A stretch of 63,072 bases of DNA, the filler included, from Intoshia linei (taxonomy: Eukaryota > Animalia > Orthonectida), in assembly GCA_001642005.1 (NCBI GenBank). It is 9 parts of 9 records of this genome, joined end to end, with 100 filler letters (N's around TTAATTAATTAA, not from the genome) between each part and the next. Parts side by side here need not be neighbours in the genome. Positions count along the whole stretch, not along the records: positions 1 to 16,510 come from LWCA01000862.1; 8 more parts are not named here. The stretch is one strand, 5' to 3'. The translations under genes were made by a program, and so were the position numbers. The first letter of the stretch is position 1. The number at the start of each line of letters is the position of its first letter. Under the pieces are notes generated by a model that worked only from the letters and a program-made list of their open reading frames with translations, was not told the origin of the DNA and made no database searches. Shown piece by piece: positions 1 through 15,300 of this stretch.

Positions 1-264
1 ATAGGCTCAAAAAAAGGAATTGTAAATTTAATGCAAGAACATTTAAAAAATGAACCCATTTCAATTTCTCTAAAAAACTTTCATTGTATAATTCATCAAG
101 AAGCATTATGTGGAAAAATATGAAACTTAACGATATAATGACATTTGTCATAAAAACTAAATTTTATTTTGTATAATAAAAATTTATAAAATAAATATAT
201 TCAAACCAAAAATTCTTAAAATTTATTTTTCCGGCCCGCTATTACAGAAAGTTGCCCATCCGTG
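1..264 (+). mobile_element. 3' remnant of a hAT (Charlie/SPIN-like) transposon, inside an intron of the thrombospondin-like gene
   Basis: Frame 1 reads IGSKKGIVNLMQEHLK...FHCIIHQEALCGK (hAT CxxH region). Ends in a hAT-like terminus GGCCCGC...GTTGCCCATCCGTG. Confidence 0.7.
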
Positions 265-357
265 GTGTAGTTGCTTCTCATGAAATACTCTCTAACATTG
301 ATAGGTCAGCTGTAGATAAATATACTGTCATTCAATTTTATATAATTTAGGGTATAC

Positions 358-3300
358 CTATCGAGTTTAAACAGGTTAGACAAATCATCACATGAGTCCC
401 CAATAAAATTGAAGTTATGATCTGTTTGCTTTGAATTTTTAATTTCAGGACAATTATCACAGACATCACCAACACCATCTCCATCTTGGTCTAATTGATC
501 TTTATTGGAATGATAAACACAATTATCCTGTGTGTTATTGATACCTGCAAAATTTAAATGAATATATTTAGAATGTGCTTATATTGAGTAATTTATAATG
601 ATGTTCCAATATCTATACTATCTTATAATATAAATCTATAATAACCATCATTATCGGCATCTTTATCACAAACATCACCAATATTGTCAGAATCAAAGTC
701 AGTATTAATAACTGACGCTTTGGAAGCACACTTGTCACAGACATTTCCAAAATAATCCTTGTCTTTGTTCTTTTGTAAAAAATTTGAAATAAAAATGCAA
801 TTATCCTAAATTTAATATAAAAAAGAAAAAGTATGCATTAATAGTATTTAAATTAATAAAACACACATAATTATTTAATATTCCATCATTATCTATATCA
901 TCATCGTCAACATCGCCAATTCCATCATTATCCGTGTCTTCTTGTCCAGAATTAGGGACATGAATGGCATTATCCTAAATAGTATTTGAAATGTAGAATT
1001 AATTTGCTTAGAAACTCATCAATATTATATATAATATATATAATATATTAACTAGGTTGAATGTTATCTACTTCGTACAAATAGCACTTGGCTCTGCCGA
1101 GGGTGAATTTTTTTAATTCTACCATAAAATAAATTCATATAATTTAAATAAAATTTAAAAAATGGACACTCTTAGAATTTAAAAAATTCAATTTCTAATA
1201 AAGTTTTTCGCAGGAGATGTTGATCTCTGTCAGTTTTCGAATTTGTAGTACAAACTTTTTGATACAAAGTCATTTTAAACTTTTTAAAAATGAAAAATTA
1301 CGTAGTAATGAAAAACCCGAAGGAATCAATTTATGAGATTTCAAACCATATCTCTTAATTGTAAATATAGAGATTGTTACATTCTCACTGTCACATCTCG
1401 TTACAGAGACGTTCAATTTAAATTTTTTTTGAAATTGTAAGATGATATTTACATTTTAATTTTTAATGTTAATCCAAACATTTAAAAAATATTGGTTGAT
1501 AATATATTAAAATTTATTTTTCACGAAGAATGCGTAGATTACTGGGGTTGAAATTTTGTATCTATATCAACTAGAATAAGCTGTATCATCTGTAATTTTG
1601 TTTAAAATTCTAGGACTATTTTTATTTTTTAAAAAAGGGTAATTTGGGGTTTTTGGCATTGAAGGACTCAATTTGAGAAAATGAAATTTTCGATAAAACA
1701 TCGCCGTCGAAAAACTGTATTATAAATGATTATTCTTACAACTATACCATTATATTATATATACATTATAACTATACATTATATATTAACATTTAATTTC
1801 TTATATATATGGTAACAGACAAATAAGTAAAAAACATACATTTTTAATTAACTTTATATAAGTAGGGATTATTATACCTTGAAACAAACTTTGTCCAGGA
1901 AACAAATTAAGTTATCATCAGGGATTTCATCTAAGTCACTGTCTTTACCACAATAAAATCCATCACCAGCAAATCCAACGTTACACTAAATACTAAGTAA
2001 ATATCTAAATTCGTGTAGTTACGTTGCACATAAATATTCCTGGACCACCATAAACACAAGTAGATTGAGAATGGCAAATTTTATTCGAAATACAAAAATT
2101 TTTTGGGACGCATTCTTTACATTCGTTAAAAATGTACCCTTCTTTGCATTTTAAACAGTTGAATCCACCCTACGATGTAGTTCATAAATTATAATTAACA
2201 ATTATAATCTAATAATAAATTGTAAGTAATTACTTCAAATGAAATTAATAATAATATTTATGCCTAATATTAATTTCTTTTCTATTTAATCAAAAAGTTA
2301 TCACCCTACTATACATATAAACCAGGGGTTGCTACACTTTTTTCACGGCGGACCGGTAATAAATTACAATATTTATCTCGGATCATCAAAGAGGAATTTC
2401 TAGGCAACATTAAAAAAATTTAAAAAAAAACATAATAAATTCACTTGTAATTGGTAAATATTTTTAACTGACCAGTCCTGGTCTGCTTACCGGTATTTGA
2501 AAAAATTTAATATAAACATTTCAAAATGTTTTGTTTTTTTAATTTTTCTTGTATAAATTTTAAATCAACACATTTAGTTTTCGAATATTTTTTAAAATTC
2601 TAATTTAAAATTAATAAATAAATTAATAATATTACAGGTTCGTTTTGACAGATAGTATAAGATGGGCAAGCGTTTACATCTTCTTTGCATTCATTAATAT
2701 CATTGCATTCTTGGTTCAATCCAAGTTGTTCAAGTTTGATAGTATTCCCATGCATGAAAATTCTACTTTGTTGGATATCTACGCCGTCTCTATAAGTCCC
2801 CCTATACCCATACGGGCATGCTAAACACTGGAATCCAGAGTTTCGATTAATACAACGATTGTTCCAGCATATGTTTGGAATTTTGCACTAAATGGTGTTA
2901 TTCAAAATTTTTAATTATAAAATGATGATTCATTACAACAATGTTTCTCAAACGGTGTGTCAGCGAAACACTAACTATAAACCTATTACTGAGAGAGAAG
3001 TTACATCAGATTTAAGAAATTATTTAAAAAAATAAAATTAACATTAATATTAATTAATATAAATAAAATAATAAAAAAATAATAGTAATAATATAAATCA
3101 GAGATTCCCACACTTTTTTCACGGCGGACCAGTAATAAATTATGAAATTTATCATAGACCATTAAAATAAAATTACTAGGCAACATTAAAAAAAATTTTA
3201 TAATTATTTCGCGGACCGTCATTTGATTTACTCTGATTTTATATTTTTTCTAAACCCTTCAGCGTAGTTGCATAAATACATTAACAACATACACAACATT

Positions 3301-6300
3301 TGCATCTCTTAATATTTGACATGTTCAAATACATCCATAAAATCAACCATTAAAATTAAAATTGTCTAAATATATTAAAAAGATAAAGCCATTTAATTAT
3401 CTTATTACCTATATCAAGGTGGTTCAAACAAATGGGGAGTGAGGGCCAAAAATTAATTTTACAACTTTTGCAGACCGCAACAGTAAAATTTAACATAATT
3501 AGTTCACCATCCCTTCACCCATACTGTTTTGTTCTTACTCCAACTGAAAAAATATTTTTTCCGGTTTTTTTACAATTTCATAGTAGTTAAAAATTTTTAA
3601 TTAGTACTACATGTATAATAAAATTCTAAATAAGATAAATAAATAACGATTGAAACTCTTGATTTGAACTACAAAAAATGTAAATACATGGAACCGGCAT
3701 TTTAAAATCTAGTATGAATACCTCGTCTATATCCACACATATTTGATTAATTGCATGCATTCCTATAGGACACTCAACACATTTTTTGTTGTAACTGTTA
3801 TATATTTGGCAACTACCATCATAACAAGGAAAATCGAGACAGGGACATTTTTTTTCAGCAGAATCAATGCAAAGGGTACATTTTGAGTCAGAATCGGTTT
3901 TAGTAAACGAACAATTTATAATTTCTCCATTATTACATATTATATCGCTACCACATTTTTTGCATGGTTTTGTACAACCTAGTAATGAATTACAATTGGT
4001 GTGAAAATTTAATGGACATATTTTGGCTCTTCCTTTTTGACAAAACTAAATTTGATTATACAAAATCTCTAGTAATTATACATATCCGTTCAAACAAGAA
4101 GTGCATTGACCATAACTTCCAAATGAATGTTCATACGAATCTTTAGTGCATGTAATATCACTACTACATCGTGCACATTCATTGATAGACCCATCACCAT
4201 GACAATAATACGTAGTCTCACATCTAATACATGTTTCTCTATCTACACAATTAAAATTAATAGACATAATTATGATAATACAATAATTCAGTTCCTCCAT
4301 TGAAATTCCAATGTAATCAAATCTAATACTAATTTCCTTTTCCCATTCAATAGGATAAATCAAAATTGTATCTGTAATGATGATTGGTTTAAAATCTATT
4401 TTTACGACGGTGGATTGATCAATATTGCCATTTAAAATGTTGGTAATGATATTATTTGACGTGAAATAATAAAATACAAACTCATTATCGATAGATTTCG
4501 TATTTCTGTAAGCAATCTTAAATTTAGTTACCCAGTATGGATTGTTTCCATTTCCTTGGATCAATAGAGCATGAAAATTGTATACATTCTTCAAAGAAAG
4601 TTTAATCCATTCTCCTGGATCAGATTTAAAGGGAACCCAACCAGAGCCGCTAAGTAGAATAGGATCTATTAATTCTGTATATGCATGTAAATTATAAATT
4701 TTAACCATAAGCTTCATTTAAACGTGATCTGGTTGCTTCATTTCTTTCTTTATTACTAGATGCTTTGATTTGTTTATCTAAAATCCAACCATGCTCCATT
4801 CCAATTTGTTTTATTTTTTCTATAACATTTTAAAAAAGTAAATACTGTCATATTATTAAAAGTGTGGAAAATTTTAAGTAATCGTTAAAATTATCTTTTT
4901 CACTTTTAGTAATAATAATTATTTACCATTTTGTAAATAATATCCGGGTGATAGAATGTTTATATAGCCAAAATTTTGATCAATATCGACTTTGAGAGGT
5001 ATTTCTTGGAAATTATGAGACAGTAAACATGTATTTCCCATGGAATATTCAACATCAAGTTTTGTAGCTAACGGTGGAGTGCCTTCATCAACACCTAGTA
5101 TTGTTACAATAACATTGGTTTTATCTCTTATTAAACTGTCATAATTTGTATCTGGATTATACTGCGTATTGATATTTGGACTAAATTTACAATTTGTTCA
5201 TTTATCTTTAAAAAGTTACACAGTATTTATGGCATGCAAATGAAACTTAGTTTTTTTATTTATTCCCTCATCTTTATCATCAATAGTAATTTTAGCAATG
5301 TAAGACAAGTCCAAAGACCTTCTACTCTTGGATACAACATTTTCATTATATTGAATCAGCATCGTAGGGCAATTGTCATTTGAATCTTGTATTTTAATCT
5401 AAAACAATATCATTGTAATATATTTTCTTTATTACTTGCACCAAAAAGATTCCAATTTTATTATTAACAGTACATTGTATATATAAATGTATATATTTAT
5501 GTGCCTCATAATCCAAATTATTTTTAATTATGACTCGAACATTGTTTATCGGAAAAGAAATGGATAATATTTCGAAACTTGTTTTGTCTATTGGTATTCC
5601 TCCAGTATAAATCCCGCTTTCACAAACTATAGTAAAATTATAAATATATTACAATTCAATACTATTCATTAGGGGTGTGAACAAATTTTTATATCAAAAG
5701 TGCATCCTTCCACAATATGAAAATTTTGAAAATATTCAATTTGCACCCAATCTTACCTCTCAACTGTTAAAAAAAACCGATTCCAATGAGAAAACTGAAT
5801 ATTTAAAAAAAAATATAAATTAAAAATTAATTGTTATGGAAATAATTATTACTATAAAATTTACTATACAAAATAAATTAAATTTTGCTCATTATTCATA
5901 TTTTGAAGTGCTTTGACCCAGAGTTTTTTTTAATCCTTTTTATATAATTTTTTGATAATTGTGTATCATTCAACCCCATCTTCCACGTATGGAGTGGAAC
6001 TTTTGTATTTTCGCAAAAAAGTGAAAAAATTCACACCCCTACTATTCATACTACATTTTTTATTATATATTCTATTTATGTATTAAGTCGTTCACTAGTG
6101 TTGTTTTTGAACAAATTTAAAATGTACTATTTGGTTATCAGTCTTAATTACATTCTAAAATACTCAACACTGTTTTTCACGATTTTTTCTAAATGAACAA
6201 TATCAGCGTTTCCCAAACCAAAGAAACTGTCAGCGAAATAATTTTGAAAGAATTTTTACTAATTACAAGTCCATTTATTATGCTTTTTATTAAAATCCAA

Positions 6301-9300
6301 CCATTTTTACTAAAGATCATAAATATCAAAAACCTAAAATTGGATTTTTCATTTTATGATTGGTAAAATAGGAATTTTCCCTAAAGGGTTATAAAATTTT
6401 GATTTTTAGTAAAAATGGTTAATTAGGCGCCCATTTTTTAGTGCTCAATGTGGAAACATTATGCCATCATTTTACAAGAATTTCGTCAAGTCCCCAACGA
6501 GGAGTCTCAGGGTACAGTAGTTTCGACACTGGGTTGAGCAATGCATCAACTTTAAAAAAATTCGATCAATGATAAAAAATTTATTAAAATCAGAAATTGC
6601 GAAATTTGCGAAAAGAAGGAATCAATTTATTTCAGTCAAAAACTTTCAGTAAACTGAAACCATATTTCTGCATTACAATTTGTAATTTGCAAATACAATT
6701 TTGAACGTTCCATTTTATTTTTTATTTATTATTTCAAAATTTTGAAAAATATTGGTGTATAATATAAAATACACTATCAGTCATTTATAGCGTATATTGA
6801 AATTTTTTCTCTAGGTCATTGATTCCCAACCTGTGGGTATTTACCGAAGAGTGGATAATTGGATATTTTTCATAGGTAATCGCGAAATTAGTATAAAAAT
6901 TAAGAATTTTTTTTATTTTTTTTTGCGTCTAATGCACACTGCAAAATATATATATAATTGAATGTTTATGTGTGTGTCACAGTTTATTTAAAAAACTAAA
7001 AGTCGTAATTTAATAAAACCAATTTCTAATACAGTTTTTCGCATGTCATGTTTACATCTAGTTATATTTCCCTATATTGAATCCTTCAGCGGCATAAACC
7101 CAATTTGCCATTTTTTACTAATAAAATAAAAATAATAAAATAAAATAATTAAACCAAAAATTAAAAATAACCTACATTCTTGGAAAGTTATTAAAATCAT
7201 AAGCATTATCATGAATCGCAACCTTCAAAAAGTGCATTTTCAAATAAAAACTCCAGATTACCCTTTTTTTAAAAAATTAAAATAGTCCAAGAATTTTTAA
7301 AAATATTACAGTTGATCCAGCTGTATCCAGTTAACACACACAAAAAATTTCAATCGACAAAGTGAAGCCTTCACGGTTAAAAAATCATTTTAGTATTAAT
7401 TTTTTTTATTTTAAACTATTTTATCATTATCAAAAAAGAACATTTTATTGTATGTGAAAAAAATTAAAATGTTTTATATTTTATCTTAAGCCGACATGTC
7501 GCGACAGTCTCAGAAAGTTAAAAACACAAATTCTAATTAAATTTATTTCTGGTACAGCGAGTAAGATATATTTCACTCTCAGAAATTTGCATCTTTACCG
7601 GCAAAAACAAAATTTACTCCCGTTTTTTAAAAATGAAAATTTAAATATTCTTCCTACAATGTCAAAAAAATCAGGAATTATTTTAAAAAATGTGTTAAAC
7701 ATGAAGGTATAAATTGTTCAATTTGATATTTATTTTATTTTATACACCGGAAAAAACGGACGTAGGAGTTTTGTTTTTGAAATGTCAGGTATTGTAAGTT
7801 TTTTAAAGAGATTGTTACACAGATTACACAGATTGTTACAGACAGACATACATTTTTGGCAACTTTTACTATATAACTATTAATATATTATACTATTAAT
7901 ATTATTAAATGTATAATAAGGATATGCATCAATTTTAAATATTACTTATAACGTCCTTATTTGCGTCTTTAATAAATACAAAGTTGGTCGGAATGTTTTT
8001 CTTGGATTTTTTGATTAATTCGTGTAATGTATTGTCATCTTGTTTTATGTCAAATACATTTTCTTCGTTACCTAATATAATATAAATTATTCATGTTTTT
8101 TTATTTTTTGAATGTTAAACAAAAATACACAATGTGATTACCCGATAAAAATGAAATTTTATAAATATCATTCCTCGACGGTTTGTATTGATCAATTACC
8201 GAAATGGAGTCAGTAACGCCATAATTTTTACCCACATTTTCATCCAATGTGGAACAATTTATCAAACCTCCATCTCCATTTATATTTAGTATTTTTTCGT
8301 TCAAAATAATATTTCTAGTTTCTAATAAAAACACACTTTTATTCCATTTATATCGATTAATGACGAATATTTCAAACTTGTAGTAGCAGTTGGACTAAAT
8401 TTAAAAATTTAAATATTTTAAATTTTTTTTTCTAAAAATTGAAATGAAGCAATTACTGTTAATCCTAAATTTATTATTTTTAAGGTATTTTCATCAACTA
8501 CGCATTTTCCACTGGATATACTTCCATATTTTACTTTCACTGAATCTAAACACAATTTTATCTCGACAATTCGCAATTTTATAGTTCGTAAATTCTCTAT
8601 ATCGACATAAATAATTTGGAAAATATATCTTTATTGAGAGTGGACCAAGGCATGAAAATCTACCAATACAAATGGATAGTATTTAGTGATTTTTCTATGA
8701 TAGAATTTTATCTATTATGCCAAAATTACAATTAGGTCGATTACAAAATGGCGAACAGAGATAGAATATTTGAATTTTACATTACTTAAAAAAACCTGAT
8801 GTACTAATATTAACATTGATGCATTCATCAAATTGGTTTTTATTCAAATAAGCGAGTTTCTTTCCGTGTATGAAAAATAAAAGTTCATCTCCACCTCCAA
8901 TTTCAAAAGTCCCCAAATTATTATAAAGGAAATATCCATACAACTTTACTGTAAATCTATATTATTATTAATGGTTTATTAGTAAATCATGCTAATAATA
9001 TAATTATTTAATTTAATTTAAATTAATTAGTTTATACCCAAAATTACGAAATTTGCCATCAAATGCCATTTGATTTTCGTGTTTATATCCAATCCCATCA
9101 ATAATAAAAAAATTTTCACTGTAATATCTAAAATAAATTAAAATGTTATATCACGTATTATAAATTTAGTAATATTTTACCGATTATAATTGAGAGTATT
9201 AAATTTTAAATTCAAAATTTGATTATTTAATTCAAAATTTAAATTTTCTTCCTTTCTGAACCAATAATCTTGTATTAAATGTTTCGATCGAACGTAGGAA

Positions 9301-12300
9301 TGAAACACATTTTGTTTATAATCAACAGTATCAACATTTTGAACTAAATTGTATTCATTCGAATTGTCACCATTTCCACTAAATTGGTAATAGGATTTGC
9401 TAAAATCGTGTATATATAACGGTAATAGGTAGTCTTTATCATTTGATTTTGTTTCATCAACTAGAAATTTTGAAAATGTATTATTATTTTATCTAAATAT
9501 TATAATAATTATTTATTAAGCTAGCGTGATTGATTTGAAACAACAGTTATTCTTTTTAGGAGTAAATTTCTATTTATGTATTTTTACACACTTACAACCA
9601 GATTTTTAAATTAAAATTTAAATTTAAATTTTTAAAGACCCTTTTTTTAAAAAATAAAAATTATCCTATAATTTTATCAAAAATAAATTCTAGGATAGTT
9701 TTTAAAATCATAATTTTAAAGAAGTGTATTTTTACCATCAAAACCACAAATTACCCTTTTTTTAAAAAATGAAAATTGTCCAAAAATTAAAAATAAAATT
9801 ACTACTTATACAGTGATCTCTTGTTAACACACACAAAATTTTTTAATCTTACAAAGTGATGCCTTGACGCTCAATAAAGCACTTTGGATTTTATTTTTTT
9901 TTTTTGATTTGATAACTATTTAAAACAAAAAAATTTTAAATAATTCATGGCTCTAGAATTTAAATAAAAATTATTCTTATTCCGCTATTTTTCATCTAAT
10001 TTAACTAATGTTGAATAAACTGTATCAGACTAATTTTTTTACAAAATTTTGGGTAATTGTGATTTTTGGCTTTAATATAAAAATTTCAGATAATAAAATT
10101 TACGAAACTGTATTGATTTAAAACATTATTAGAATTCTTAAAGTGTTTTTTAAAATTCTACGAATTTTATTACTATTTTCATTTTTCAAGAAAAAGGGGT
10201 AATTGGGGATTTGACCGTGGAGATGTAAAATTTCTGACATGAAATTTAAAATGATACAACTGATTTGAACTTTATATTTTAATTTCAATAAATAAGACAT
10301 TTTTTGAATATTTGAGTAATTAAAGCAATTTTTGTGACAATTATAAGATTTTACAATATGTTATCTATAATAATTAACTATACCATATTTTAAATTTGGC
10401 GTAATGATAAAAACAGGAAAACTTGAAACACTACTGTATTTATCAAGATCTAATTTTAGTCTACATGTATATTGTACAGCCGGTATCACATTTATGTTGA
10501 ATTCTACATAAATGAAATTTTTCGAGTAATTATCATGAATAATTTTTTCTAAAATTATTTGATTTTTAGCTAAACAAGTTGCAGTGTATTTTCTAAAAAG
10601 TATATAAACAAAATTTAAAAAAAAAAACCTAGAAAAAGTATAAAGTGGGCTGTTACTGGGAGAGTTTGGGAAAATTAAATCATCATTTTTCCATTTCAAT
10701 ATAATTGTTCCTATTTCCACTTTTTCTATTGATAAATCAAGTCCATTACACAAAAATTGAGAGGCATATAAATTGAATAGTTTGGGCTCAGTAGTTGATA
10801 CAATTTTTTTAGAATATTCTTGACATTTCAAATTTACATCTTTATAATTCTGAAAGATTTGTTACTGTATTCAAAAATAAAATTGAATAAAATAAAATAC
10901 ATTAAAATTGAATATACAAAATGTAAATATAATGTACCTGAAATGTTTGATATAAGGCACAGTCACATTGAATTTTATTATTTTTCAAATCAAACTTTTT
11001 AATTTTAGAGGGTAGTCCATTAGGATAAAAGGATATAATTTTATTATTATTTAACTGTAGCGAGTTTAAATTTTTTATAAAATTGATATTTGGTAAATAT
11101 TCTATTGCATTGTATTCAAAGTTTAAAGATTTAAGTGAATTTAAACCATTAAACGCATTTTGATGTAGAAAAGTAATTTGATTATGAGATAAATCAAGTG
11201 AATTTAAATTTTTTAATTCTTTAAACGAAAATTCGTCAATAAAAGAAATTCGATTATTTTCCAAATATAAATTTAAAATGTTAGAATGAATCAATGGATT
11301 AAACGTAGATTGAATGATTTTTGAAATATGATTTTCATTCAGATATAAATTTTCCACATGGACATTATACATGGATACTTTTGGTATGCGCCACAGATAG
11401 TTTTTGTTTAAATATATTGACTTGACTTTTAGTTCCCCAAAGCATAAATTACATAAATAATTCAATTCGTTATTATTAAATGTCAATTTATTTGTTATTT
11501 TTGACATGTCGTTGAATATCGGTGTTTGTATACTTTTTAAGTTGTTATTATCCAAAAATCTAAAATTAGTATATTACCGAACATAGTAGTATCAAACAAA
11601 TTTTTAACAACAATATTATCAAAAACGTTGTTTTCAATTTTTTGGATTTTATTATAACTCAAATCCAATTGTTTTTCAATTTTTGAATTTTTAAATGCAA
11701 ATTGTTTGATTTTGTCAATTTTCAGATTCTTCAAATTTAATAATCTATTAATTCATTATTATTTTCATGATTATTGTATAATTACTTTAAAATTGAATTT
11801 TCAAATGCAGACTCATATATTGAATTTAATGGATTGTTTTTTAAAATAATTGTATCTACTTTTATGTTGTAGAATGCTCTTTTTCCTATTGTGTATATTT
11901 GGTTATCATTTAAATTTCTAATTTTTTTTTTATTTAAAAAAATTTGTATTTTTACATATTTGAACATTGAATATTTTTGAATGCTTCTTGGGTGACATCT
12001 TGGATGTAATTAAAAGATAAATCTATGTCATTTTTAACAATTATTCCATTTAACATGTTTGGATAGATTTTTTGCAATTTATTGTTGTTAAATTTCCTAT
12101 TAAAATTAATTGATTATTATGTACTATACTGGCATATCACACACAACAAATTTACCGCATACACGAATAAATTAAAAAAAAGTGAAAGTTTGACTAAATA
12201 TATATATATATATATACTTTGGGAAACTTAACCATCTTTTTTACGTTGCGCCATGCAACCAAATTCTTAACAGAATCCGTGCTTCAGAATCAAATATTCG

Positions 12301-15300
12301 AGCGAATTAGTTTAAATCAGGTAATATATTAATTTATATATTATTTTTTATGTATTCCTGAATATAATTAAACTAATCCCACATTATATATATTTTTTTA
12401 TATATAATTTGAATGTTTTCTCATCTGTCTGTTACCATTATAGTCAAAAACTAAAAATCGTACAATTCTACAAATAACAACTTATTTTTTTTCAACGACA
12501 GTTTTTTTCTGTGAGTAAAACGAGCTAAATTTTAATTTTACATCTTCACCGCCTAAAAAGTATATTAACATTTAAAATAAATTATTTTTATAATTTTGAA
12601 AGTGATAAATTAACTTCTGTATTCACATATTAAAATATAACTTAATTATAAATGGATAAATATAATATTACACGGTTTGTGTTGATTTTACATGTGCGAA
12701 TGTATTAATGTTGATATATTGCAAATTGTTGAAAGAAAAATCTATAGTATTTGATAGAGGTGAATCCATAAATCTGTAAAATTGTATTTATTTTAACTGC
12801 ATATATAATATAAGAGTAAAGTATACAACACCCGTCTGATACCAATAATAATACAATCTATATAATTTAACTAAATGCATTAATATCAATCAATCCGAAA
12901 AGTTTCTGACTTTTATCAAAAATTATTTTTGGTTAATCTGCGATTAATATTCAAAATACTAAGAATTATAAAAAATCAAATTATTAGAATAGAGTCTACG
13001 AAATAAATTTTTTATCAAATGTTATGATGTTGTATTACTCTGTCACCCATCAATTAACCATAATAAATTACGCCTTTGGTGGAATTTCTGACATCAAATT
13101 ATTTTTAAATATTCTAAGAATACATTTAATAGATTGAAATAATTTCTTAATTAATTAATAATTAATTAAATAATTGTAATTCTATAGTAAAATTAAGATA
13201 ATTACATTATTTTTAATTTTAAACAACCACGAAAAGCCAAATCAGGAATTGTGGTGATTTGATTTGAATCAACATTTAAAGTTTCCAATTTATTCAAAAA
13301 CTAGAATTAAAATGAACATAAATTTACATATACTGAATATCATATATACAAGAGGCATCTAATTCATTTTGCCGTTCGGGTTAATCACTTAAGAAAACAC
13401 TTAATCCAATCAATGAAAATTTTAAAATTACAATCAGAAATAGAGAGAGCCTCCATTATTTGCCAATAATTTTTGAAAATGATAATTGATTTAATTCAGA
13501 ACTCATTATAGTATTTATAATAAACATGTAAACATATTAACACGCAAGTACAAAACAAGTGGTTCTCACAATTTCTTTGTAATGCTTTCTTGACCGTGAA
13601 GGCGTCACTTTGTCAGATTGAAAATTTTTGTGTGTATTCACTGTATATAACTGTGTCTGCATAATTTATTTAAAACTCTAGGATTATTTTTATTTTTTAA
13701 AAAAGGGGCAATCTGGATTATTCAATTTTTTCATTTTAAGGGGTGTTTCCTAGAAATTTTTTTTTTAATCAAACTTTCAAGTTAGGGGTTTAAGATTTTT
13801 TTTGAACTTTTGATTTTTTTTAAAATGTTAAAAAACACAAATTCTAATATAGTTTGTCGAGGCTCATACAGTATTAATTTTTGAATTTAAAAATCTTAGA
13901 GTTTTTTCCTTCTAAAAATCTCTCGAAAAATTGTTAAAAATGAAAACTGAGAATCATACAATTTTATAAATATCATATCTATACTGATAATTGCATTTCA
14001 ATCTCAAAAATTAACCTCTTGGCGTTTTTATATTAATATTAATTATATTAACGAAATTTAACATTTTTAAAAAAACAGCAACAAATGAATGCAAGATTCT
14101 AATATTGAAATTAATTATAATGCCAATAATTCATAAACTTTCATATAATTTGTGTTTTTTATAATTCTATGCTTCTTACTTATTAAAATAAATGTTTACA
14201 AAAAAACAGACACATTTTTAGCTGTATTTTGTATTTTAATATATAATGTAGTAATGTATTTGAATATTATTGTGTACTTTACATCTATTCATAAATATAA
14301 TCTACTGATTAACCTGGAATGCATTTTCGTCATGAAATGTATACAAATTATTAGCCATTAATCTAAAATTAATATTAAATATATTTAAAAACGAATAAAC
14401 TGCGTTCCAAGTTATTATGCAACGATTAAAAACATTAATAATTAAAAAAGTAGTCACTTAATTCTATTAATTTTTTCATCATAATTTAATCATTGATCAT
14501 ATAAAACTTTAATGTCACAAAAAAATTTATCACGTTTCCAAAAAAGCATTATATTTAACATTTTATATTTTTGGGTAATTTTTATTTTTATTTAATTATA
14601 TTAAAAACGGTTGGTAAAGTCAGGCAAGCTAAAGGTAAACCAGGAAGGATTTAACCAAAAGACACATTGAATTACGACTATCCTGGGCTAAAAATTACAT
14701 AAAGATTAATTTTTCAAATGTAATTTTTACCGATGAAACCAGAATATCTTTAGATGGGCCAGGTTCGTGGAGTAAGGGTTGATTAGTATATAACAGATAA
14801 CCACCAAACCGTTGAAGGCGGTATCAATAAGGTGGGAGCATAATGATTTGGGCAGGCATTGTGAAAGACACTATTATTGGATATTAAAAAATATACAGTG
14901 AGAATATACAATATCAATCAAAAATGATCTCTGGCATGAAATTTTCAAAGAAATCAAAACAATCACTGAAAAAACAATTGAAAACATCATGAAATCCATG
15001 GATAAAAAACTTTTTCTTGTAATATCCCGGAAAGGGGTATATTAATATGTAAAATTTAATTACATTTTTTTTGCTTGAATTTGGTTTAAAATAAAATGGA
15101 TTATATTATTTAAATATTTTTAAAAATTTATTTATTCGTATTAACAAGAAATTATTGTTTAATATTCATTTGCATAATAATTTGGCACACCAAAAATCAC
15201 AAAATTTTCCTAAATCTTTGTGTATTCATTTTTTTTGAATACATTACATTTTTCTTGGGACTTTAAAGTATTATTAGTTAAATATATAAATATGATAAAA

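Noticed and set aside
3001-3222. Hydrophobic short ORFs (also 14152, 25582, 28228, 35562, 57468)
   Set aside because: AT-rich intronic or MITE sequence yields spurious F/I/L/Y-rich ORFs; 3100-3220 is a repeat also present at ~2335-2430.
11537-11600. Apparent frameshift between adjacent LRR ORFs
   Set aside because: Explained by a 38-nt GT-AG intron (11560-11597) that restores VVKNLFLDNNNL.
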